Source: Poseidonia sp.
GTDB lineage: Archaea > Thermoplasmatota > Poseidoniia > Poseidoniales > Poseidoniaceae
Direction of reading: 5' to 3'
DNA length: 64,000 nucleotides
Assembly: GCA_038127845.1 (NCBI GenBank)
Contig: JAYPIL010000001.1
Span: 7,960-71,959, forward strand
Shown here: piece after piece, positions 37,981-49,200 of the stretch
Layout: each line of letters starts with the position of its first letter
Numbering within the stretch: position 1 is the stretch's first letter
Position numbers and translations under genes: made by a program
Notes under the pieces: generated by a model
What the model was told of the DNA's origin: nothing
What the model saw: the letters and a program-made list of their open reading frames with translations, nothing else
Databases searched by the model: none

Positions 37981-38837
37981 GCTTCTTCCTCCGTTCTCGG
38001 TTCGAACACCACGCTGGTTCCCGCCAAAAGGTGCATCCCTTTCGGGTACTCGGGATGGTTGTCGGCTGCAGTGATGATTGATGAATGGTATCGGTCAGCG
38101 GGGACGCGAAGGTCCACTCTTGAGCCTAAACGAATCATGCCGATGCGCTGACCGCGACGAACGGCGTCACCGTCGAGAAGGTAGGGGACGATCGTTCGGG
38201 CGAGCGCCCCCGAGATTTGACTTAATTCAATGCGAACATCGTCCTCCAAACGATGCACTGAGCGAACGCGTTCGTTGAACTCGCTTTCTTTTTTGTAAGC
38301 AACTCGGTGCGGACCCCGCTTCAAGCCCTTTCCCGTCCGGTGCTCAATTCGCTCGATAACACCCGCTGAAGGTGCCCGGTTCACATGAACGTCAAGCGGC
38401 GACATAAACACAGCAAGCCGCCACACATCCGTGGATGATTCCTCGCCGAGAGGGACGGCCTCAAACCGTTGCTCGGTGGAAAATGTGAGGGGGTCATCGA
38501 GAGGGGAAGGGAACCAATCACCGGTGAGAGGATCGTGGTGAATCGCCCCCTTCTCTCGCTCTTCGCTGGTTGGTCGCCGCCCAATAGCGCGCTCCCTTAC
38601 CAAAAACAGAGCATGCCCGTCTGCTGGAGCCACCAACACGCCGTCTTCACGCGGGACAGGTCGATCGGGGTCCCGCCAAAAATAACCGAGAAACACGGCC
38701 AACATCAGACAGAGAATACCAAACAACGGAATGAGTCCTGCAATGGGGTCGATGAACGATCCAATGATGAGGGCGCTGACGCCCATCATGCTCATCGTGA
38801 TGACGGGGCTGTGGCCACCCGGGGCCAAGCCGGTCAT
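37977..38837 (-). CDS. psd: phosphatidylserine/archaetidylserine decarboxylase proenzyme
   Basis: RDPDR, APADG, FMSPLDVHVNRAP, NER, GMIRLGSRVD (LGS self-cleavage site). Confidence 0.92.
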   Translation of the reverse strand: MTGLAPGGHSPVITMSMMGVSALIIGSFIDPIAGLIPLFGILCLMLAVFLGYFWRDPDRPVPREDGVLVAPADGHALFLVRERAIGRRPTSEEREKGAIHHDPLTGDWFPSPLDDPLTFSTEQRFEAVPLGEESSTDVWRLAVFMSPLDVHVNRAPSAGVIERIEHRTGKGLKRGPHRVAYKKESEFNERVRSVHRLEDDVRIELSQISGALARTIVPYLLDGDAVRRGQRIGMIRLGSRVDLRVPADRYHSSIITAADNHPEYPKGMHLLAGTSVVFEPRTEEEA

Positions 38838-38845
38838 GATATCAC

Positions 38846-39595
38846 CTATTCAGTCGCCCAAGGGTCCGTGCCGTCGCCCCATTCCGTGGGCGGAGCCGCT
38901 TCCTCTGCGCTTTCCTCGGCTGCATCCTCAACCACCGGTTCTTCTTCGGCAGGGGCTTCCTCCACGACTTCAACCGCAGCGGTGGCGGCTTCGGCCTCAG
39001 CGGCTTCGGCCTCTTCTTGGGCTTGCTCTTCCGAGCGAGCTTGCACCATCTCTTCCATGCGCTCGGTAAAGACACGGGACATGTGTTGGGATTTGCGTTC
39101 GGCTTCAACCGCACGCTCGATCATCTCGTAGCGTTCCTTGATGGCCTTGTTCAGGTCCTCGAAAATTTGCATGTGAGCCACATACCAGTCGTCACGGGCT
39201 TTCATCTCCGTCACCGCAAGGCGAAGGTCGTTGTCCAGTTCTTCTGCGATACCGAAAACTTTGCCGAGTCGGTCCTTTTCACGGGAGTACTTTTCTTCCA
39301 TCTTGTCCAGTTCAGGTTCAAGGTGCTCAACCCGCTTGGAGGACTTGGTGGCTTTCATTTCCAGTTCACGAACGCGCACGTCCTTTTCTGCGATGATGGA
39401 CTCGAGCGACTCTTTCTCGATTTCTCGGTCGATGATCTCCTTCTCCAAAACCTCAATTTCGGCCTTAGCGTCCACGAGTTCCTTTTCTTGGGTTTCGTAG
39501 GCAGCAAACAACTTCTGCAGGCGGTCGGTCTCGGTGGACAAAGCCTCCTCGAGTTCCTTGATTCGCACCTCAGGTGTGATGGTTCCTTCCGTCAT
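38846..39595 (-). CDS. coiled-coil protein with acidic Ala/Glu tail
   Basis: Long E/K-rich heptad pattern; SD GGTG upstream. Confidence 0.75.
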   Translation of the reverse strand: MTEGTITPEVRIKELEEALSTETDRLQKLFAAYETQEKELVDAKAEIEVLEKEIIDREIEKESLESIIAEKDVRVRELEMKATKSSKRVEHLEPELDKMEEKYSREKDRLGKVFGIAEELDNDLRLAVTEMKARDDWYVAHMQIFEDLNKAIKERYEMIERAVEAERKSQHMSRVFTERMEEMVQARSEEQAQEEAEAAEAEAATAAVEVVEEAPAEEEPVVEDAAEESAEEAAPPTEWGDGTDPWATE

Positions 39596-39699
39596 GTGTT
39601 CACCCGGAGGTCAAGCCTCCACACAACGCCAGTCCACTCCTCCCTATCAAGCCGACGCTCCAAAGAGCATTGTTTTGCACGGCTTCGTGGCCGTCCACA

Positions 39700-40662
39700 T
39701 CAGCGGAGCGCATCGGTTGCGGCCACCAATTCACGAGCGATGCTCACCTCACCCATGGAGTGGCCTGCATCGGGAACGATGACCAACTTGCTGCTAGGCA
39801 TGGCTTGATGCAATTCCCAGGCACTGCGTGTTGGACAAACCACGTCATAGCGCCCCTGAACAATCACCGTTGGAACGTCCTGGATACGATGGACGTTGTT
39901 CAGGATAAAGGCCTCTTCAACGAAAATGGCGTTGATGAAATAGTGGCATTCAATTCGAGCAAACGCAACTGCGAAATCCAAATCCTCGGCTTTGTCAAGG
40001 TATTCCGGATCGGGGAACAGCCGACTCGTGGCCATTTCCCATCGGGTCCACTCCTTTGCTGCAGCTCGACGAACATTGACATCCTCGCTGGTCAAGCGAG
40101 CGTAGTAGGCCTTGATCAAATCGTCTTGTTCGTCCTTCGGAATGTGCTCACGATAGGGTTCGAACGCATCGGGGAAAATGTGACTCGCCCCGTCCTGGTA
40201 GAACCAGTGAAGTTCGGACCTTCGGCACATGAAAATGCCACGGAGCACCAAACTGAGCACACGGTCTCGATGGTGTTGCGCGTAAATCAAAGAGAGCGTT
40301 GAGCCCCATGAACCCCCAAAAACATGCCAGGCATCGATGCCGAGATGGGTGCGCAGGGCTTCGATGTCGTGAACGGAAGCGTGGGTGTTGTTCTCCTCAA
40401 GTTCGGCATAGGGTGTTGATTGACCGCACCCGCGCTGGTCAAACTGTACGATGTTGAACGCCTCGGGGTCGAAATACTGCCTGTACGAAGGTTGTCCTCC
40501 GCCGCCCGGACCACCGTGAATCACCACAACGGGAATGCCATCGGGGTTGCCACTTTGTTCCCAGGCGATGGTGTGGAGGTCCGACACGGCAAGCATGCCC
40601 GTGGTGTGCGGCTCGATGGAAGGATAGAGAACATCTGCAAGGGTCGTGGTGTGGTCAAGCAT
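39700..40662 (-). CDS. pip: prolyl aminopeptidase
   Basis: HGGPGGG, FDQRGCGQS, GGSWG, LRGIF, QGRYD, AGHS. Confidence 0.95.
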   Translation of the reverse strand: MLDHTTTLADVLYPSIEPHTTGMLAVSDLHTIAWEQSGNPDGIPVVVIHGGPGGGGQPSYRQYFDPEAFNIVQFDQRGCGQSTPYAELEENNTHASVHDIEALRTHLGIDAWHVFGGSWGSTLSLIYAQHHRDRVLSLVLRGIFMCRRSELHWFYQDGASHIFPDAFEPYREHIPKDEQDDLIKAYYARLTSEDVNVRRAAAKEWTRWEMATSRLFPDPEYLDKAEDLDFAVAFARIECHYFINAIFVEEAFILNNVHRIQDVPTVIVQGRYDVVCPTRSAWELHQAMPSSKLVIVPDAGHSMGEVSIARELVAATDALR

Positions 40663-40739
40663 GTTCTTCGCACGCACTGGGCGTGCATGTTCCTTTCGCT
40701 GTGAACAGGTTCATGGATGTCCGACCAAGGCAGGATAGC

Positions 40740-41357
40740 ATGGGCACAAGAGACGCAACCGACCTGTTCAGCGAATGGGCCGATATTGGGCGTGATGAGG
40801 GCATGGAAAAAGGGCACAGCGCGAGCGTTGAAGCCATGCTGAACGGCCTGCTTGAGGGATGGTCTTCTCCCTTTACCGCCATTGACATCGGTTGCGGAAA
40901 CGGTTGGGTCGTTCGTCGCTTCAAGGAGCATGCGTTGTGCACCCATGCTTCAGGCATCGACGGTGCACCCTCGATGATCGAAAAGGCACGCTCGGTGGAT
41001 CCTGAAGGCGATTATGTTGAAGCGATGTTGCCCGATTGGGTGCCGAACCAGCCGGTGGACCTCGTCCACACGATGGAGTGCCTGTACTACCTGCATGATC
41101 CTCTAGCCTTCCTCAAAACCGTTCACCGGTCGTGGATGAAACCGGGCGGTCGAATCGTCATCGGTGTTGACCACTACCTTGAGAATCCTTCCAGTCACGA
41201 CTGGGGTACGTCGCTCAACGTCCACATGACACTCATGTCCATGGACGAGTGGAAGAACGGGTTGTTGGAAGCAGGTTTTTCCGACGTGCGTGTTGAACAA
41301 GTTGGACAGAAAGAGGGCTGGAGTGGCACGTTGGTCCTCCATGCCTCACGAGGATAA
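40740..41357 (+). CDS. class I SAM-dependent methyltransferase
   Basis: IDIGCGNG, GIDGA, KPGG. Confidence 0.9.
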   Translation: MGTRDATDLFSEWADIGRDEGMEKGHSASVEAMLNGLLEGWSSPFTAIDIGCGNGWVVRRFKEHALCTHASGIDGAPSMIEKARSVDPEGDYVEAMLPDWVPNQPVDLVHTMECLYYLHDPLAFLKTVHRSWMKPGGRIVIGVDHYLENPSSHDWGTSLNVHMTLMSMDEWKNGLLEAGFSDVRVEQVGQKEGWSGTLVLHASRG

Positions 41358-44300
41358 ATCCCTCATTCCAAGCGGTTCACCGACGGGGCCACACCGGCGA
41401 ATATCGCCACGGTAAAACGGACAGAGTCCACAGGTGGTTGATCCCTCGGGAAGCCGAGCGGGTTCTTCGAGGCGTGGGTTCAGGTGCACGGCACTCCGCC
41501 ACTTGAGATGGTTTCTCAACGCTGTTTTGGCCTCTTTGAATTCGTCGGCCGTGAGTTGAATGACCCGGCCGTTCGCACCCAGCAACAGGGACGGTGGCAA
41601 CACCTTCCGCTGGAGGTGGTCGGGTTTTCGCTGCTCGATGGCTTCCAGCGCCATGGCGTACAGGGTGAGTTGAAGGCGATGCTCGTCCAACAGGGCTTGT
41701 TCCTCGGGCGTGGCAGGCTTGACCGACAGATTGGTCGGCGGCTGTTGTTGCAGTGGATGGCCCTTTGCCGGGTCGGCTTCATTGAACTTCGCAAGACAAC
41801 CCTTGGTCTTGAGGTCAACCACCTGAAGCGCACCTCGCCCTTCTTTGTTGACCAGCGCAAGCACCAAATCTGCTCGCCCATTGAATTCCATGGTCACGGC
41901 CCCCACGTTGGCGCCCAAGCGCTCAGCAGAAGGCATCAGCGCCCGGAGTGTAGGGTCTTCCATGGAAAGCGTTTCTTTGTGGAAGAAAGGCAGCTCTGTG
42001 CGAACTGCCTCAACCGTCCAGCCGTCAATCGTCTCGCCACCGACCCAACGGCCCAACAAGCCCTCGTCGATGAGCGAGCCGAGGTGCAGCAGACGATTTC
42101 GCCAGGTGGCTTCGGGTTGTCCATCGGCTTGCTCCACGCCGAAACCGAATTCATTCATCACCCTCGCAACGGTGCTCGGGGACGCAAGGTCATCCTCGCT
42201 TTCGTGCAGCCAACTGGGTTCCAGTGGAGGTGTGGAAGCGCTGATGTTCAATGGGTTTCGTAAACCAATCTCCAACACTCGATGCATCATCAAGCCGAAA
42301 TCCGTGGCTTTTGGCCAATCCCCGTTCGTGTTCTCTCCGGTTGAGCCGGGGAGGAGGAAGGGTTCCGTGGTCCATCCCTTGATGTGCTCAAGCCAGTATT
42401 TTCGTGGGCAGGCAAGCGTAGCGTCCAGGTGATGGGCAGCACCTTTGATGCTTTGCGTAACGGACAGGCGGCTTGGGTCAAGGGGTGCTCGTTGGGGGCC
42501 TGAATCGAGGTGCTGTTGAAGCGCCCTCACGCGCTGCTGAGCCGACAACGGTGGATTTGGTGTGAAGCACTGAGGATGGTGGTAAAGACGGAAACCGGTC
42601 ACGCCGTTCTCGCCGAGCGGTGCATTGGCGAGCAGCTCGGCCGGATTGAGGGGTGTTTGGGTGTCTTGGGGCGTAAACAACGGCAGTTCGCTTTGTTGAA
42701 AGTCGCTCTCTGTGAGCCAAGGTGAGGCAGCGTCCTCAGCCTCCCATGAGGCGCGACGAAGGCCTTCAATGAGCATTCTTCCCATGGTCCTCGGGTCGGG
42801 ACGGATATGAACGGACAGCGAACCTGAGGATGCGTCGAACGTTGAACGCTTACCGGGTGTGCCCGTCAGAATCAAACGGTCTCTCACTCGGGTCAAAGCG
42901 ACGTAGAATTTCCTGCGCAACTCTGCCTTGTCTTGTGCGTTGTTCATTTCCGTTGCAAACATCCACAACCCATCTTTTGGCCGCTCCTTTGCGCGCCACG
43001 GCTGTATCCGTCCAGCAACGATTTGTGGGGTGACAAGGACGTTGTCTTGAACCGCCATCGTCACGTCGGCTATCCCTGCAGAGAACAAACCGGAAACCAC
43101 CACAACCGGGGCTTGGAGACCTTTTGAGCCGTGAATGGTCATGATTTGAACCGAGGACGCATCGGGCTTGGTGATGGCCTGTGGACCGTCTTTCCCCAGC
43201 GCACGAATGTCCACCAGACGACGATGGATGGCGGCCACATCATGTCCCGATTCTGTTCCGATACCGTGAACCATCGCCACCCATGCTTCTGCAAACTGTC
43301 GCTGAGCATCGTCCGGATAAGCCACGAGGAGGTCGGAACGGTCGAGGATGGCGTCAAAGACATCGTAGAGAGCACCCCACTGAGCCATTTGCTGGAGGTC
43401 TTCGAGAAGGTCTTGAACGGCAGGGGTAGGTGCATGAGCAATCAGCGCAGGCCACACGGACTCACCGACGGGTCGTTGCGTCAGCATTTCGTGAACCTGA
43501 GCCTCCGTCAACCCCATCAGCGGTGACCGGGCGATGTCAAAGGCAGCCCGACGCATCGTGGGTTTAGCCATCAATGCCAGCACCGCCATCAGAGGCTGAA
43601 CAACGGGTTGGTTGAGCAGCAGGCCCTGGCGGTCGGCCATCACGGGGATGTTTCGGCTCCTTAGGCGCTGGACCAAATCGGGAAGGTGGCGCCGTGAGTT
43701 CACGAGAATCATGATGTCTTGAGGACGAACGGTTGGTCCCTCTTCTTCGACCTCAATCCATGTGGCATCGGTTGCATTCCACACCCTCGTCGGAGCGTGA
43801 TCGAGGAGAGCTCGAAGGCGGTTCGCAAGCAATTCGTGCTCCAGTTGGACATTCGATGCGGAAGGGTCCTCAAAGGCTTCAAGCGCTTCATCCAAATCAA
43901 GCGGCACGGCTGTCGCTCCACCCTGCACGGGCAGCAACCACTCCAAGACGCCGGGTTCATCCGTATCCCGTGCGGGGCGTAATCGCTGCGGTTCAGCATG
44001 CCACTCACCCGGAAGGGCATGGTAGCGAGGATGAAACACTTCGTCGAACATACCGTTCATGGTTTCCATCAAGTTGTGACGCGTACGGTGGTTGGAGGTC
44101 AAGTCGATGTGACCTTCTGACCGCCGTTGGAGACGCTCTCCCGTGATGGGTGGGGCGGTGTCCACGTCTTCCTCGTGAAACGGAACGTGGGTGTAGGGAG
44201 CTGAGGCTTCACCCGTGTGTTCGTTGGAAAACGACCCCTTCTCTCCTCCTCCACCCACCGGGCGAGGGTCACGACCGCACCCCGGAGCACGCAGGTGATC

Positions 44301-46274
44301 GAGTCGCTGGTCGTTGATTTCGAGGTTGTTGAAGGCTCGGATAGCCGCCACGGCTCGGCGCATGACGGAAACCTCTGCCTGTCGGAACCGGTAGATGCTC
44401 TGTTTCATGTCGCCCACAATGCAGACCGTCGGGTCCCACGGACCGAGGGGGCGTTCAGGGTCATCGGTTTGACGACGTCGTCGCCCCCAAAGACGGGCAA
44501 GAAGACGGTAATGGGACGGGTTGGTGTCTTGGTATTCGTCGATAATGAAGGCCCGAAATTGGCGACGTAAGTCGCTGAGGATGGCATACCGCCGCTGAAG
44601 GTCCTCGAGCAAGACGGGGCGGTCATTGAGCAAGGTCAAGGCACGAGAGATGTGGACATCACTCCATGGTTCATCGCCCATACCGTCGAGAGCGTCAATG
44701 ACCTCATCGGGATATCGATGGCGGCACACATCGGGACATCGAGCGAGCAGAAGGTCCGCGGCAAACCGTTGCATATCATCAAAATCATGCATTCCATCAA
44801 GCGATTTTCTTCGGGCGAGAATTTGATGGCATGCAGTATGCATCACAAAGAGGTCGCTGAGCACTTCCGTTTGCAACTGTGCCGTGACATACGTGTTCCG
44901 TTCTCCGGGCTGCAACGGCAACGGCTCTTCCAAGGGGTCGAGACGGAGCGGGCAATTGAGCGGCATGCCGTCGAACCCCGTTCCGGGTGAAAGCAAAAAC
45001 GCCGAGCGAGAAAGAAGGCGAATCAAGGTCCCATCGGAGGAATTCAGAAGCCTGAGAAGTGGAGGCAGCCGGTTGTTTGCTCGTTGGTACAACCGTTCTT
45101 TTTCATCCTCATCGATGGTGCCAACGTTGGATTTTGCCATCAACCCAGAGGGCCACTTATCTCCGCTTGGCAAAAGCCCCCCGGGGAAGAAATTGCATTG
45201 AGGTTTGACCAAACCCGAGGAAGTCGAGAGGCCGAGAAACAGTTGCCACATCCAAGAAAGTTGATCGCCAACCGAGGTTGGCATCGGCTGAGAAAGCAAG
45301 CGGCGGAGATGGTTGTAACGGGTGAGGTGAGTTGCCGCCTCGGCGGGCTGAACGCAATGCTGGTGATACGGTGCAAATTCATCCAACCAACCAAGAAGAT
45401 GTTGGGCGACGTCTCGCATGAATCCCGGCAACACATCGGCGACGGGTTCAGCGATGGTGTTCAACAACACCTCCACAGGGACAGGGCCCCTTCCGTTCCA
45501 TGGAAGGTTCATGTCGTGCGCACGCTGAATCATCGACCGATGGGCCTGTTCGACGAACAACGATTTACCGAGCAATCCGTTGAGCACAACTTGAGCTTGT
45601 TCTTGACCTCCCAATCGAGTCACGAGTCGCGTTCGCGCTTCAAGGAAAGCGGCATGGTGGTTCAAAACCCCGGCTTCCCGTGCATCGTCGGTTGACCGAA
45701 TCCGCCAAACGGCGTGGAGGGTATCGTTCACCATAAGCGGTGCTCGTTCCTCGGAGACTTGTTGGTTGGACGGATACAATGCGACGAGATCGATGTAAGG
45801 GCTCACCAGTTGGTTCAGGAAGGCATCGATGGTCGAAATGGGTGCTTCATCCAAAGCAGAAAGCAGCATCTCAACATCGCCTTCGCTTCGCAACCTCGGG
45901 TCGAACATGCCCTCTTCACCATGACCAACAGGCGTCGCTCGGGCTTGACTGAGTCGATGACGGATGCGGGCTTTCAACTCCGCAGCGGATTTCCTGGTGA
46001 ACGTGATGGCCGCCACCTCGGAAGGCAACAGGCCCGGCCACGCTGTGAGGTCGGTGCGTTCTCGTTTGGGAGTGCGCAAGGCGCCATGACCCGAGAGCGG
46101 CATTCGTGGACCGGGGGGTGTAACATGGGTGGCGCGTTGGTCGCTCGCAAAGAGGTGCTGCACGTAGCGTTCCGCCATCACGGTGGTTTTTCCAGTTCCA
46201 GCACCTGCATCCAAGGCAATGTGTCGGTCCAAATCCAAACCCAGTCGCTGACTGGTGTTGAAGTCAATGGTCAC
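41346..46274 (-). CDS. AddA-like UvrD helicase-nuclease
   Basis: AGAGTGKT, IIDEYQD, VGDMKQSIYRFR, TIHGSKG, YVALTR; nuclease GRAD..DLKT..QLTLY; the GTG start overlaps the partner's TGA (GTGA) with an upstream SD. Confidence 0.9.
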   Translation of the reverse strand: MTIDFNTSQRLGLDLDRHIALDAGAGTGKTTVMAERYVQHLFASDQRATHVTPPGPRMPLSGHGALRTPKRERTDLTAWPGLLPSEVAAITFTRKSAAELKARIRHRLSQARATPVGHGEEGMFDPRLRSEGDVEMLLSALDEAPISTIDAFLNQLVSPYIDLVALYPSNQQVSEERAPLMVNDTLHAVWRIRSTDDAREAGVLNHHAAFLEARTRLVTRLGGQEQAQVVLNGLLGKSLFVEQAHRSMIQRAHDMNLPWNGRGPVPVEVLLNTIAEPVADVLPGFMRDVAQHLLGWLDEFAPYHQHCVQPAEAATHLTRYNHLRRLLSQPMPTSVGDQLSWMWQLFLGLSTSSGLVKPQCNFFPGGLLPSGDKWPSGLMAKSNVGTIDEDEKERLYQRANNRLPPLLRLLNSSDGTLIRLLSRSAFLLSPGTGFDGMPLNCPLRLDPLEEPLPLQPGERNTYVTAQLQTEVLSDLFVMHTACHQILARRKSLDGMHDFDDMQRFAADLLLARCPDVCRHRYPDEVIDALDGMGDEPWSDVHISRALTLLNDRPVLLEDLQRRYAILSDLRRQFRAFIIDEYQDTNPSHYRLLARLWGRRRRQTDDPERPLGPWDPTVCIVGDMKQSIYRFRQAEVSVMRRAVAAIRAFNNLEINDQRLDHLRAPGCGRDPRPVGGGGEKGSFSNEHTGEASAPYTHVPFHEEDVDTAPPITGERLQRRSEGHIDLTSNHRTRHNLMETMNGMFDEVFHPRYHALPGEWHAEPQRLRPARDTDEPGVLEWLLPVQGGATAVPLDLDEALEAFEDPSASNVQLEHELLANRLRALLDHAPTRVWNATDATWIEVEEEGPTVRPQDIMILVNSRRHLPDLVQRLRSRNIPVMADRQGLLLNQPVVQPLMAVLALMAKPTMRRAAFDIARSPLMGLTEAQVHEMLTQRPVGESVWPALIAHAPTPAVQDLLEDLQQMAQWGALYDVFDAILDRSDLLVAYPDDAQRQFAEAWVAMVHGIGTESGHDVAAIHRRLVDIRALGKDGPQAITKPDASSVQIMTIHGSKGLQAPVVVVSGLFSAGIADVTMAVQDNVLVTPQIVAGRIQPWRAKERPKDGLWMFATEMNNAQDKAELRRKFYVALTRVRDRLILTGTPGKRSTFDASSGSLSVHIRPDPRTMGRMLIEGLRRASWEAEDAASPWLTESDFQQSELPLFTPQDTQTPLNPAELLANAPLGENGVTGFRLYHHPQCFTPNPPLSAQQRVRALQQHLDSGPQRAPLDPSRLSVTQSIKGAAHHLDATLACPRKYWLEHIKGWTTEPFLLPGSTGENTNGDWPKATDFGLMMHRVLEIGLRNPLNISASTPPLEPSWLHESEDDLASPSTVARVMNEFGFGVEQADGQPEATWRNRLLHLGSLIDEGLLGRWVGGETIDGWTVEAVRTELPFFHKETLSMEDPTLRALMPSAERLGANVGAVTMEFNGRADLVLALVNKEGRGALQVVDLKTKGCLAKFNEADPAKGHPLQQQPPTNLSVKPATPEEQALLDEHRLQLTLYAMALEAIEQRKPDHLQRKVLPPSLLLGANGRVIQLTADEFKEAKTALRNHLKWRSAVHLNPRLEEPARLPEGSTTCGLCPFYRGDIRRCGPVGEPLGMRDLSS

Positions 46275-49200
46275 AAGCCACCCTCCCGTTCCGTGGATGC
46301 CCCGCATGAATGGGCGATGGGGCAATACTGGCAATGCTTGCCAGGTGTCGGGTTGATGTGTCCTTGAGCGGCACTCTCAACGGCTCGTTCCGCAACGATG
46401 ATGCGTTCCAACATCCATCGTCGGAACGGTGTCATCGAACCCTCTTCTCCGAGTTGTGTGGGGAAATGATTCGGGAAAACACGAGTGATTTCACCAAGCG
46501 AAAGGCTCTCGTCGAGTGCCTCAAGGTCGCTTTCCAACTCGACATAATGCGTCGTATCTTCTCCGATTTCGCTGGCACCGACACCGACCACGCGATCGTT
46601 TGGGTGCAACACTTCCCATGCGCGAGCATACAACGCCAGCTGCATGTCTTCAAACAAACATTGCATGTGACGTAAGCCCGCTTTCTTGGCCGGAGGGCCG
46701 TTGACGGTTTTCAAATCACGAATAACCACCAACCGTTGAGCGGTTCGAGATGTCCCGTCAAGCGGATATGGGGTGTCGTAACGGGTATCCCCAAGAATGC
46801 CGTTCTCCCTTAGGTGCTCTTCCTGCGTCGCGGTCAGTGAAACCACATCGACCCTGTCTGCGTACCCAAACAGTCGGAAGCCTTCCCCACCATCAGCACG
46901 GGAAGTGATGTGAACCGAGCGGTCGGACCCGGATACGGGCAACCATTCCACGGCAACGGGACTGGCGCTGGTGAGGTTAACGTCAGCTGAAAGCAAGCGA
47001 GCGAGTCGCCCTCGGGGTGGCAGGACAAGATCGCCCTCTTGGAAGGCTTGCCACTCATCGGGCGTTGCGTCGACCAAATCACGGGTCCGGTGGATGGATA
47101 CTGCGTTGTGCCGTCCGAGCCAAGCCACATCGCGTTGAAGGAAATCAAGAACGGTGTCCCAACCCGCTTGCCCTTGACCCATCGGGCCGAGATGAAGCGG
47201 TTGAATATCGTGGGTCATCTCGCCTCCCATGGGCACGCCGTGGCCTTCCAAGACCGCTGCTCCGGCCCGATGGATGACCTGTCCGCGGGTGCGAAGGTCC
47301 ACATCTTCTGCTTCTACGCCTTCATCTTCACCTGCGAGTAAAATTTGCTTCACCCAGGCCTGACGGGGACATTTGAGCCATGTTTCAATGCGGCTTGGCG
47401 ACCACACCTCTCGTTGGTACGGGACCCCCATCGCGCCAAAGCGGTGGCTCATGGTCAATCCCTGTTCGTGATAAGGTGGAAGCGGTCGTGGGTCAACCGA
47501 AATTGAAACGGTCCCTGCTGGACGGTGCCCGAGATGGGGCCACAACGATGCTTGAGCACCCGCAACCTTCAGCGAAGCCCGCGTGGGACGAAGGACAACG
47601 GCTTCGGTGCTGGCAAGATGTTGACGGTTGTCCCAAGAAAAGGTCGCCTGCTTTGCCAGTTGGCGATAATTCGGTTGTCTTCGGATGCGGTCAGCGTGAA
47701 GGCTGGCCTCATAGGAATCAAACACGGCGAATGAGTGATTGATGGAAGGTTCGTAGGGAAGCGAATGTTGGAGGTCCAACCCGAGTTGCTGTCGCTTGTC
47801 TGCCCCGGAGGAACCGTGCCGAATCCTTCGCGGGCCTTCGGGCGTCGAGGCTGTGACGTAATCCGACGGTGTCATCCAACTTCCATGCCCTTTTTCTCGA
47901 ACCACCCAGTCGAACCTCCGCTCTTCATCATCGCCATGGACCATGGCCTCCGGAAGAAACGACGGAGGATGGCGCATGTTGTCCCATTCGTTGCTGCGGC
48001 GCACGTCGCTCAACCATTCAGCCAGTGGAGCACTCGGTCCACCTCCCTCCTCTGGCGTGGAATCAAAGATGACGATTTGGGGGGCTGCGTTGAGCAAATG
48101 GCGAAGGTGGTGACGCCCCCTGCGTACCGCCAGGTCCGATTGGAACATGCCCAGTTCCAACTGCGCTTGGGCATCCAACCAAGGAACGACAGGGGTTCGC
48201 ATGGTCCACGAATCAACGTCGAGGCCGGCGAAGACGAGAAGATCCGCTTGACAGCCCAACGCATCCTCGGGGGTCACCACGTTGATGTTGCTCGTTCGTG
48301 GATGAAGGGCGCCCACCGTCATGGACGCTCCGATGTGTTCCAACAACTCGACAAACCCTCGCCCGTGGGTTGGTACGGGAAGGTCGAGACCGCGCATGGT
48401 GCTGGTCGTGGTGCTCAGCCCCTCCATCAAGGTCTGAAGTGTTCCAAGACCCAAATCGTACGGGGCTCGACGCTCGGTGAGAACATCGTAATCCATGCAG
48501 GAGAGCAACCAAACCAACCATGCGCTCCCGTCGACCGGTTGGGCAGGCAAGGGCAACACTTGACCGGTGCTGCACCCTTGGTGCGTGGCGTTCAGCAAAT
48601 GTTGGTCCTCACCCGGAAGCAACGGAGCCCATGCGTGCAACAGGCATGCCATCCACCATTGGGTTTCTTCCAAGGCTTGGCGCTTCTGTTCGGGGTGACG
48701 CTCGGTGAAGGAAGGACGTCCCTGAGAAAGGACACCCAACCATCGAGCCATGGCACCCGGTCCACCAAGCACGTGAAATTGACGAGAAATCTCTTCGAGA
48801 ACTTCAGGATGAATTCTCGCTACCCAATCCTCTTGGGTCGGATGGGAAAGGTCAGAAAACATGGTTGCACTGAACGGAATTGTTGCCGAAGCAAACAGAC
48901 TTTGGAGAGAAGATTGTGACCACGCCGTCATCCCTTGACCGAGCGAAGCCGCTCTCATGACGGCATTGAAGAGGGGTTGTTGGTCCAGTGAAGATGTGCC
49001 TCCTCCCCATGTAAGACCAATTTCCCCAAGGGCTTTCGACCAGGTTTCTCGGCGTTCTTGAACAGCGCCATCAACGATGAGAACGCGACCGTCTTCTCGT
49101 TCCTTGAAGGCTTTGACCAAGGCGATGGTGGCCGCCACCGTATGGCGTCGCTCATCAACGGTGATTCGCGTGTGCTTTGTCTCCAGCGCTTCGCCGACCG

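Noticed and set aside
38880..39030. Short direct repeats (GGCTTCGGCCTC)
   Set aside because: Explained by the Ala/Glu low-complexity protein tail
46271..47400. Cas4 call for the 4-Cys nuclease domains
   Set aside because: They are C-terminal domains of AddAB-like proteins and no cas genes are nearby
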